From Candidatus Thorarchaeota archaeon (GTDB lineage Archaea > Asgardarchaeota > Thorarchaeia > Thorarchaeales > Thorarchaeaceae): a stretch of DNA of 64,000 nucleotides. The notes under the pieces are model-generated. The model did no database searches and was not told the DNA's origin. It saw only the letters and a list, made by a program, of their open reading frames with translations. The stretch lies in contig DXJO01000041.1 in assembly GCA_019057475.1 (NCBI GenBank), forward strand, positions 114,217-178,216. The letters are read 5' to 3'. Position 1 is the stretch's first letter; every line of letters begins with the position of its first letter. The translations under genes were made by a program, and so were the position numbers. Below, piece after piece: positions 37,040 through 44,999 of this stretch.

Positions 37040-37062
37040 TTCGAATCCCGCCCTCCGCACCA
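37040..37062 (+). repeat. Duplicated 3' end of tRNA-Leu (att-like site)
   Basis: TTCGAATCCCGCCCTCCGCACCA vs TTCAAATCTCGCCCTCCGCACCA (35887-35909): 21/23 identical. Confidence 0.85.
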
Positions 37063-37137
37063 TTCAATTTCATTGTAAGGCCAATAAGAAAAGTGTCCAG
37101 TCAATACTTGCCAGTAAGAAGTCAAGATGTCTTCGGG

Positions 37138-37291
37138 GGACCCACCCCCATGCAAGGGGGGAGGGGCTGCATATGCGGGGATGGGTCCGTGATGTGAGAA
37201 GCTTCATCTGGAGCGCAACGAATCCCTGTTGAGGCCGCTGGGAGGTGTGGTGGTAATCAGCGCCTCAAAGGAAGCCAGAGCTGCTCACATT
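37138..37291. ncRNA. Candidate two-domain structured non-coding RNA
   Basis: Two adjacent multi-helix hairpins (37138-37188; 37191-37291); TATA-like CTTAAAT on the minus strand at 37327-37321. Confidence 0.4.
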
Positions 37292-37494
37292 GATTGTTAT
37301 TCATAGATCAGTTCTTTGCAATTTAAGCGCCTCATGCCAGTAGTTGACCAAATGTGATGCATAATCCATACAAGACCGGACATCCAGTCAACTCAGCCGG
37401 AAAAATCACACCAAGTGGGAAAAACACTCCGTTGAGGACAATGTATAAAGGCATCATTGGGCGGGTGCTCCTAGACTCCAAGGGGCGAGCTCTT

Positions 37495-38496
37495 ATGACA
37501 TCTCTAAGGATTGGAATCATCGGCGCGGGCAATATGGGTGGAATACACGCCCGAATTCTTAGTGACTTGCGTCTATTGGCTGGCATCACAGACACGGACC
37601 AAGACAGAGCCAAGGAAGTCGCCAGTAGGCATGGGGTTGAGTTCTTTGAAAGCTATGAGGCAATGATCGAGTCAACCTCAGTCGATGGCGTGATTATCGC
37701 CACACCTACGTCAACTCACGCAATAATCACGGAGAGCATAGCCCGCAAATATGAAAATATTCGAGGCATTCTGATAGAGAAGCCCCTTGCAAGCAACCTC
37801 AAGGACGCAAAGAAAGTGGCGAAGTTGCTGAAGGAAAAGGGCATCGCCGCTGTAGTTTCGCACTCAGAGATTTACAACCCAGTGGTCGGCCGAGCTTTAG
37901 CTCTGATTAGATCTGGCGCAATCGGCATACCCCAGACCATCATCCATGATAGAAGAGGGTTCGTTCAGCCAAGCAGAATCCCGTCACTTGGTGATGTCTT
38001 CGAGGACATAGGAGTGCATGATTTCGACATCATGGCCAGGATAAGCAGTGGGCCTGCAACGCTTTACGCGCAATGCAATGATGTAAGTGGCATATACAAT
38101 GCTGGTACTGTGATGGTGAAGTTCGAAAGTGGTGCACAACACTTCTTCCACCTATCTAGGCAATACGCAGGCAGAAAACGCTCGATGGATGTTTCTGGCA
38201 CAAAGGGAGCGTTGGTTCTGGACCTGTTCGGGCAGATCATTAAAGTTATGGACCTTGACCAGGAGCCATCTGCGGGAAGAGGGGCAATCAGACTTCCTGA
38301 GAGAGGTGCAACCATCAAAGTCTATGGGGAGCCTCTTGGAGAGGTGATCAGTGACTTTCTAATCTGCATCGAAACAGGTGTTGCACCCAAGGTGAGTGTT
38401 GATGATGGCGTTGCCGCCTTGGAAGTTGTGGAAGCAGCAAGAAAGAGCGCTAGTACTGGCCGGATTGTCGACGTTGATGTCAAACCTAGGGAATGA
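37495..38496 (+). CDS. Gfo/Idh/MocA-family oxidoreductase
   Basis: IGAGNMG, ATPTSTH, EKP, DIGVHDFD; TATAAA at 37444. Confidence 0.92.
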   Translation: MTSLRIGIIGAGNMGGIHARILSDLRLLAGITDTDQDRAKEVASRHGVEFFESYEAMIESTSVDGVIIATPTSTHAIITESIARKYENIRGILIEKPLASNLKDAKKVAKLLKEKGIAAVVSHSEIYNPVVGRALALIRSGAIGIPQTIIHDRRGFVQPSRIPSLGDVFEDIGVHDFDIMARISSGPATLYAQCNDVSGIYNAGTVMVKFESGAQHFFHLSRQYAGRKRSMDVSGTKGALVLDLFGQIIKVMDLDQEPSAGRGAIRLPERGATIKVYGEPLGEVISDFLICIETGVAPKVSVDDGVAALEVVEAARKSASTGRIVDVDVKPRE

Positions 38497-39778
38497 CTGT
38501 AGCAGCTAGATGCGTTCGATGAGTCATTGTAATTTCTACATCAACAGTGCTTCCCGGCGTCAGCTGTTTCTGAATAATAACCGCCTTGTACGAGGTGTTC
38601 CTGCAAAGCGTTCCACCTTTCGAAGCAGCACCTACTACTAGGACTGGGCCGGTCCATCCGAGCCAAGTCGCATTCTGCTCGGTTATGACCTCTGTAACAA
38701 GTGCAGATAGCTGTCGGCTTCTATCTTTTTTGACAGATGTATTGACCTTGTTCTTGGCCCGCGAGGCTACTGTGCCAGGGCGATCCCCATATTTCGATAT
38801 GTTAACGATAGGGGGCTTTAGGTTGCTAATGACTTCAAGCGTCTTGTTGAAGTCTTCGTCAGTTTCACCAGGAAAGCCTACAATGATGTCCGTGGCGATT
38901 GTAGCCAGTGGAATCTTCCTTTGGATTGAGCGCACAGCTGATTGCCAATCTTCAACCGAGTAGCGCCGCTCCATGTCACCGAGGATGCTGTTGCTGCCTG
39001 ATTGTAGTGGTATATGGAAGAACTTGAAGAAACGAGGGGAACTCATGACCTGCAGAAACTCATCGATTGAGGCTAGGATATGATGGGGGTTAAACATGCC
39101 CAGCCTGAACATGTGAGCCCCCTTAATGGCCTCTAAAACCTGCAGAAGCTCTACAAGGGTTTCTCCGGTCTCATGTCCGTAGACTCCTGTGTCTTGGCCT
39201 GTTAGGCGAATCTCCCGGTAGCCTTGGTGAACACATCGACAAACCACATCGTGCAGTGATTTGATTGAATAGCTTTTCACATTGCCCCTAGCGAATTTGA
39301 CTGCGCAATACGTACAGCTGCCCAAGCAGCCTTCGCAGAGGGGAACTGTACACACGACACTGCCGGGTGGACCTTTGAAGAACTGGAGCTTGGAGCCAGT
39401 ATCGGGTTCAAGGTGAAGAAGGCCGCGTTCACCTTTCATCACACGGTCAACAATCAAGCCTAGAGTTTCAATCGATTGGGGACCAAGAATAGCCGCGTAG
39501 TTGGGGATTGCCCTCTGCACTCTTCTAAGAGATATTATTGGCAAACACCCAGCAACAATTACGAGCCTTGCCATCTTCGAAAGTTCTTCCAAACGATGAA
39601 TGATCCTGTCCTCTGTTGGCTCCTTGACACCACATGTGTTCAATATGATGACATGAGCCTCATCGGGACTGAGAACTCGCTTGACGCCCCGATCGCTAAG
39701 ATGGCCTGCAATCATGTCTGAGTCTGCAGTGTTTAGGGCGCACCCGTAGGTTTCCAAGTAGTATGATGTTGCGCCCAA
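38486..39778 (-). CDS. tRNA t6A37 methylthiotransferase (archaeal MtaB/CDKAL1-like)
   Basis: TYGCALN, NTCGVK, AGC, EGCLGSCTYC, DIIVGFPGET, TRAM-like tail. Confidence 0.9.
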   Translation of the reverse strand: MGATSYYLETYGCALNTADSDMIAGHLSDRGVKRVLSPDEAHVIILNTCGVKEPTEDRIIHRLEELSKMARLVIVAGCLPIISLRRVQRAIPNYAAILGPQSIETLGLIVDRVMKGERGLLHLEPDTGSKLQFFKGPPGSVVCTVPLCEGCLGSCTYCAVKFARGNVKSYSIKSLHDVVCRCVHQGYREIRLTGQDTGVYGHETGETLVELLQVLEAIKGAHMFRLGMFNPHHILASIDEFLQVMSSPRFFKFFHIPLQSGSNSILGDMERRYSVEDWQSAVRSIQRKIPLATIATDIIVGFPGETDEDFNKTLEVISNLKPPIVNISKYGDRPGTVASRAKNKVNTSVKKDRSRQLSALVTEVITEQNATWLGWTGPVLVVGAASKGGTLCRNTSYKAVIIQKQLTPGSTVDVEITMTHRTHLAATVIP

Positions 39779-39789
39779 ATGTATGTCAC

Positions 39790-40071
39790 CTATCCGCCTT
39801 GCACGTGAGGAAGAATGGAAACCACATCATCCTCACTCACCAAGGTGGCCTCTCCGTTCAGAGTGGCCACGTCCTTCTTATTCAACAGCACTATAAGGTT
39901 CCCGCTGATGCGTGACCCATTCATTATCAGGCGGTTCACATCAGGGCCTCCTATCTTGATGACCCGGGATATCACTTCCCGAACTGTGGAGTCAGAAGGA
40001 ACCTCAATCTCAATCAGACTCCCTTTCAGCAGTCGTCTGAGTGGCCCAAAGGACTTGAACATGACACGCAT
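39790..40071 (-). CDS. Ubiquitin-like MoaD/ThiS/SAMP protein
   Basis: Beta-grasp pattern, VLLN, ends PHVQGG. Confidence 0.9.
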   Translation of the reverse strand: MRVMFKSFGPLRRLLKGSLIEIEVPSDSTVREVISRVIKIGGPDVNRLIMNGSRISGNLIVLLNKKDVATLNGEATLVSEDDVVSILPHVQGG

Positions 40072-40103
40072 ATGTCGGACCTGTTGGAACGCCCGCCTGT
40101 ATG

Positions 40104-40475
40104 CTATTCAGCCTTTTGATACTGGGCAATCAGGTCCTCCACCATAGCATCCACTGTTCTCACTACATCATCGATTTCCTCTCTGGTAGCTCTATCAATG
40201 TGAATTCCAACTGTTACGACAACAGGAACTCCTATAGAACTGCAAATCTTCTCCGCTGCAGAGTTGGCTACAACGTAGTCCTTGTGCCCCGGGAACGTGA
40301 GCGTGTTGACACTAACAGTAGTAGCGTTTCTGTAGTGGCTCTTTGCAGAATGCGCTACTGCAACCCCTCCAATGTGATGTTCATCTCCGCCGTAGATGGT
40401 CACGAGAAGGTCTTTGCCAATTGTAACGGCCTTCAGGATGATGTCGTGTTTTCCGGCCTTTCTTTCGATTATCAT
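40104..40475 (-). CDS. LpdD-like / proteasome-assembly-chaperone-like small protein
   Basis: IGKDLLVTIYGGDEHHIGGVA, PGHKD, VTVGIHID.AT.EEI; ATG at 40475. Confidence 0.75.
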   Translation of the reverse strand: MIIERKAGKHDIILKAVTIGKDLLVTIYGGDEHHIGGVAVAHSAKSHYRNATTVSVNTLTFPGHKDYVVANSAAEKICSSIGVPVVVTVGIHIDRATREEIDDVVRTVDAMVEDLIAQYQKAE

Positions 40476-40530
40476 CGCACCTACCGTATGTGAGAAGATA
40501 CCTGTAATGCTTTCGGTAGTCCTCAGCGAT

Positions 40531-42090
40531 CTATTTCGCCGTCCGTTTCTGGTGCATCCTCCAAGACAATGTGAGAGTCTTGGGGTGTGCTGCTCGGTAT
40601 TCGTCCAAGTCGTGGAGTGCTGTCGAATGTGGCGCACTCTTGACAATATCCGGGTTGCTGTATGCCTCGTTGGATATCTGCTTGAATGCGCCTATCAAGA
40701 GGTCAAGATCTTCTTTTGATTCGGATTCCGTGGGTTCAATCATGAGTGCCTCTGGAACAATCAGTGGGAAGTACATAGTGGGAGAATGAAGACCAAGATC
40801 AAGAAGTCGCTTTGCCACATGCATTGCGGTCACTCCGGTTTCTTCTGCAAGATTCTCGGCCGATATGACACACTCGTGCATGCGTGGCGTATTGGGAGAA
40901 TAAGGTAGACTGAATCCTCGAATCTGACTGATGTGATGCGCGATATAGTTCGCATTGAGCACTGCGATTTCAGAAGTTCTACGAAGTCCCTCCTTACCTA
41001 AGGCACAGATGTATGTGTAAGCTCTCACAAGAACGCCGAAGTTGCCGTAGAAGCCATGGACTTTTCCGATAGATCGAGGTAGATTGTAGTTCAGGTCGAA
41101 TCTGCCTTCTTTTACCTTAACAATACACGGTACGGGGAGCAGCTCGATCAACTTCTCCTTCACACCCACAGCTCCGGATCCTGGACCACCCCCACCATGA
41201 GGGGTCGAGAAGGTTTTGTGCAAATTCATGTGCATGACGTCGAAGCCCATATCGCCCGGTCGACTTATCCCCATTATTGCATTAAGGTTGGCTCCATCGT
41301 AGTATAGAAGCCCTCCAGAGTCATGGACTATGCCTGCAATTTCGCCGATATCTTTCTCGAATACTCCAATGGTGTTCGGGTTGGTGAGCATAAGACCTGC
41401 GGTCTGCGGACCTGAAGCTGCCTTGAGCGCATCAAGGTCAACAAGACCTTCGTTACTGGATGGGAGAACGACTATCTTGAAGCCAGCCATCGCAGCCGAG
41501 GCAGGGTTAGTTCCGTGAGCCGCATCCGGAATAAGCATCTCCTTGCGTTGATCGCCCTCATCCATGACATGCTTGTGATAGGCCCGGATAATCATAACAC
41601 CTGCGAACTCACCTGCGGCACCCGCGGGTGGTTGAAGAGTTACTGCGTCCATTCCTGAGAGCTCGGCCAACCACTGCTCAAGCTCCCACATCAACTCTAA
41701 GGCACCTTGGCATGTGGAAACATCTTGGTATGGATGAAGCCATGCCAGACCAGGGTTCAGCGCAGCCTGTTCATTGATGAGGGGGTTATACTTCATTGTG
41801 CAGCTGCCAAGCGGATAGATGCCTGAAGACACAGAGAAGTTCATTTGGGACAATCGGGTGAAGTGACGAACTACTTGAAGCTCTGACATCTCTGGTAGGT
41901 TAGGGCTCTGTTTCCTACGCATCCCTGCGGGGATCATTGCATCCAGTGATCCTGCTAATCTCTTCACTTCATCCTCTACAGCAGGAAGTCGGTGGGCTAT
42001 CTTGCCTGACACGGACATCTCGAAGAGGAGAGGCTCGTTCCAATTGGCCTGGCGGTATTTGGAATCTTGAGAGTCGCGTTGGCGGTTCAT
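40531..42090 (-). CDS. gcvPB: Glycine decarboxylase subunit 2
   Basis: PLGSCTMKYNP, HGTNPASA, NLHKTFSTPHGGGGPG. Confidence 0.96.
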   Translation of the reverse strand: MNRQRDSQDSKYRQANWNEPLLFEMSVSGKIAHRLPAVEDEVKRLAGSLDAMIPAGMRRKQSPNLPEMSELQVVRHFTRLSQMNFSVSSGIYPLGSCTMKYNPLINEQAALNPGLAWLHPYQDVSTCQGALELMWELEQWLAELSGMDAVTLQPPAGAAGEFAGVMIIRAYHKHVMDEGDQRKEMLIPDAAHGTNPASAAMAGFKIVVLPSSNEGLVDLDALKAASGPQTAGLMLTNPNTIGVFEKDIGEIAGIVHDSGGLLYYDGANLNAIMGISRPGDMGFDVMHMNLHKTFSTPHGGGGPGSGAVGVKEKLIELLPVPCIVKVKEGRFDLNYNLPRSIGKVHGFYGNFGVLVRAYTYICALGKEGLRRTSEIAVLNANYIAHHISQIRGFSLPYSPNTPRMHECVISAENLAEETGVTAMHVAKRLLDLGLHSPTMYFPLIVPEALMIEPTESESKEDLDLLIGAFKQISNEAYSNPDIVKSAPHSTALHDLDEYRAAHPKTLTLSWRMHQKRTAK

Positions 42091-43493
42091 CTTGTGCCAC
42101 CCCCTTTAGTCACGACATCACGAACCACTTCCACAAGCTGATCAATAGCAGTCTTGCCATGGAGTTCAGTTACGCATAACAGCATTGATTCCCCAAATTC
42201 AGGGTATTCCTCAGTTAGAATCTTGCCACCATGTAAATCACGCTTCAGTAGAGATTCATGAACCAGCTGGGCAGAAGCGTCACCCTCAAACCTAACAACA
42301 AACTCCTTCCAGAATGAGGCACCAAAAGCGGGCGCCGTTACGCCAGAAATCTTGTTGAGTTGTTTCGCAGCGTAATGCGATCTGTGGGCAATTATTTCAC
42401 CCAAATGCCGGAATCCCTCAGGCCCAAGTGTGGATGTGTAGACAGCGGCTGTCACTGCGACAAGTGCTTGATTTGAGCAGATGTTACTGGTGGCCTTCTC
42501 CCTTCGGATATGCTGTTCGCGAGGAACGAGAGTCAGAACAAATCCGCGCTTGTAAGGTTCGTTGGATGTTCTTGTCATCCCCACGAGACGGCCTGGAAGT
42601 TGACGGATTATCTTCATGCGATCCCTGCAGCCGAACACTCCAAGGTATGGCCCTCCATAGGATACTGCAGAACCCAAGTACTGTCCTTCACCAACGATTA
42701 TGTCCGCTCCGTAGTTTCCCGGGGGCCGTAGAATACCAAGAGAGAGCACGTCCACCCCTACAACCAAGAGAGAGCCAGCATCGTGCACGATACGGTTGAT
42801 CTCATCAACTTGGGGTTCAATGAAACCTAGGTAGCTGGGATTCTCAACATAGACTCCTGCAACTTGGCTGTCCAGTTTCGACTTCAAGTCTGCAAGGTCA
42901 AGAAGCATACTCTTCTGGTCATGTCCGACCCGCTCAATCGTGATGCCTGCAGGCTCTGCAAACGTATTGATTACCTGCCAATGGACTGGATTGATCGTGT
43001 CAGGCACAAGGAATTTACTTCGCTTCTTGTTCACCCTTGCGGCCATCAAGACTGCTTCCGCCAGTCCGGTGGCCATGTCGTACATGCTACTGTTTACGAC
43101 ATCAATCCCAAGTAGCTCGGCCATCATACTCTGATACTCGAACAGTGTTTGCAGCATTCCCTGACTGATTTCAGGTTGATAGCTTGTATAGGAAGTGAGG
43201 AATTCAGACCGTGTGGCAAGTGCAGGTACTACTGAAGGGATGTAATGTATTCCTGCGCCTGCACCCAAGAAGACACGTCCTGTATCAGCTGGTTTGTTCT
43301 TTGAGGCCAGTTCTTGCACTCGTTGTGCTACTTCGAGCTCAGTTCTCGAGGTGGGAATATTGAGATCCCGTTTCAGCCGATAGTCCTCGGGAATATTACT
43401 AAAAAGATCCTCCAGACTCCTCTTGCCAAAGGAGCTCAGCATCTCGCTTTCGATTTCTTTTGTGATTGGGAGATAGGGATGCTTGAATTCCAT
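42087..43493 (-). CDS. gcvPA: Glycine decarboxylase subunit 1
   Basis: YTSYQPEISQG, NSSMYD, REQHIRREKATSNICSN. Confidence 0.96.
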   Translation of the reverse strand: MEFKHPYLPITKEIESEMLSSFGKRSLEDLFSNIPEDYRLKRDLNIPTSRTELEVAQRVQELASKNKPADTGRVFLGAGAGIHYIPSVVPALATRSEFLTSYTSYQPEISQGMLQTLFEYQSMMAELLGIDVVNSSMYDMATGLAEAVLMAARVNKKRSKFLVPDTINPVHWQVINTFAEPAGITIERVGHDQKSMLLDLADLKSKLDSQVAGVYVENPSYLGFIEPQVDEINRIVHDAGSLLVVGVDVLSLGILRPPGNYGADIIVGEGQYLGSAVSYGGPYLGVFGCRDRMKIIRQLPGRLVGMTRTSNEPYKRGFVLTLVPREQHIRREKATSNICSNQALVAVTAAVYTSTLGPEGFRHLGEIIAHRSHYAAKQLNKISGVTAPAFGASFWKEFVVRFEGDASAQLVHESLLKRDLHGGKILTEEYPEFGESMLLCVTELHGKTAIDQLVEVVRDVVTKGGGTR

Positions 43494-43646
43494 TCGTAGC
43501 CCCACCGAACACGGTTGTCAGTGACTGATGGCGCAACCTAAGCGATAAAGAGCCTTTCTGTATACTCCACAAAGCTGGTCTGGAACCTAAGAATCATTTT
43601 TATGCTGACATCAATTGACGATGCTCAAATCAATGGAGAAACCGAA

Positions 43647-43961
43647 ATGAAGCGCTGGCTGATGGATATCTTGGCTTGCCCTGCCCCAGAATGCAAGAAC
43701 GAACTGCACCTTGAAGTCTACAAGTCACACATGGTGGAGTCTGATGGGGAGGATGTCGAAGAAATTGACGAAGCCTTGATTACATGTCCAAAGTGTGACC
43801 GGTGGTATCCTGTTATTGACGGGATTGCCTGCATGCTTCCTGACGACCTGAGAATGACTGGAAAACAGCGAATAGAAGAAGAAGCATTCCTTGAGCGTTG
43901 GAAAGATAAGGTCGCGCCCAATATCCTCAACAACGGCATTCCATTTGGTGTCAAACCATAA
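43647..43961 (+). CDS. Trm112-like methyltransferase activator
   Basis: MKRWLMDILACP..C...CPKCDRWYPVIDGIACMLPD. Confidence 0.88.
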   Translation: MKRWLMDILACPAPECKNELHLEVYKSHMVESDGEDVEEIDEALITCPKCDRWYPVIDGIACMLPDDLRMTGKQRIEEEAFLERWKDKVAPNILNNGIPFGVKP

Positions 43962-43996
43962 TCCTGAAGTAGTCACCTGATAGGTGCGCTATCATA

Positions 43997-44073
43997 AGCC
44001 CCGTAGTGTAGCTGGTCAAGCATAGGAGGTTTTGGTCCTTCTGACCCAGGTTCGAGTCCTGGCGGGGCTACCA
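43997..44073 (+). tRNA. tRNA-Gln(UUG), intronless
   Basis: AGCCCCG/CGGGGCT acceptor, GGAGG-TTTTGGT-CCTTC anticodon arm, CCAGG-TTCGAGT-CCTGG T-arm, CCA. Confidence 0.95.
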
Positions 44074-44928
44074 TTACTTCGATTTGATGTCCAAATCATC
44101 TGGAGGATCAGTGATCTGTACTTTGAAGAGACGTTTGACGTGTGAGAGAACAAGCCTCTCGCCGTTGACAAGCACGTCTATTGTGACATGATCACGTAGG
44201 CCCGAAGTGCGAATCTTCTTCTCTAGGACAGCCTGCACTTGAAAGACTCCTGCAGGATTATCCATTGCCACGGTAATGCGAAGGGGCTTCTTCTTACCTT
44301 TCTCAAGAATGACATTGTTGATGGCAAGTGCACTCACTGAATGGATGTCGACCTTGCCTTTGTGATAGGGCACTATGGTGCGCCCTTTCGTTAGGTCGCT
44401 GCCATCACCTAGCTTTGTAATTCCGGCCTCAAGCGTCAGACACTGAGTATCATCATCGTGGGAGTAGATGCCGTGCATTATGAAGGACATTATATCAGTC
44501 GCCAATGACAAATCCGAGTATACGGATTCTAGCTTTGGCTCAAGGATTGGAACCGCTAGTTGGAGTGAGGCTTGGTAGTGTTCTTCTCGGTGTACCGTCA
44601 TTCCAATGTCATGCAAATATGTCGATGCTAGCACGATTAGGCGAGCATCATCAGTGTCACCTATGCCCTCAGCCACAACATTGGGCCTGAAGGTGTCGTC
44701 GAGAATGTTGAATATCTTAATGGCGTTCCAAGTTGCCACCTCTGCATGAACAGGCCCGTGGTCTGTGTAGCCCAGTCGAGAAACAGCCATTCTGTTCGCC
44801 GTTCGGAGGTAGGATTGGACCTTTGGCGAATTCTTGAGGTACTGATACATCTCTAGAGCCTTTGAGTTGGGCTCGAGTAAATCACTGACGGTGACCTCAT
44901 CTCTGTTGAAAACTTGATGCTCGTTCAT
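44074..44928 (-). CDS. HD-superfamily phosphohydrolase (COG3294-like)
   Basis: LGYTDHGPVH, YLHDIG, DLTKGR, DIHSVSA. Confidence 0.88.
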   Translation of the reverse strand: MNEHQVFNRDEVTVSDLLEPNSKALEMYQYLKNSPKVQSYLRTANRMAVSRLGYTDHGPVHAEVATWNAIKIFNILDDTFRPNVVAEGIGDTDDARLIVLASTYLHDIGMTVHREEHYQASLQLAVPILEPKLESVYSDLSLATDIMSFIMHGIYSHDDDTQCLTLEAGITKLGDGSDLTKGRTIVPYHKGKVDIHSVSALAINNVILEKGKKKPLRITVAMDNPAGVFQVQAVLEKKIRTSGLRDHVTIDVLVNGERLVLSHVKRLFKVQITDPPDDLDIKSK

Positions 44929-44999
44929 GACTAGGCCCCCAGGGGGACATTCTCTTGTGACGGTTCATTTGATAAGACTTGCGAAGTGGAAGGAGGTGG

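Noticed and set aside
37138-37291. SRP RNA or 5S rRNA identity for the hairpin element
   Set aside because: No helix-8 CAGG-GNRA-AGCAG, Alu domain or 5S conserved loops on either strand
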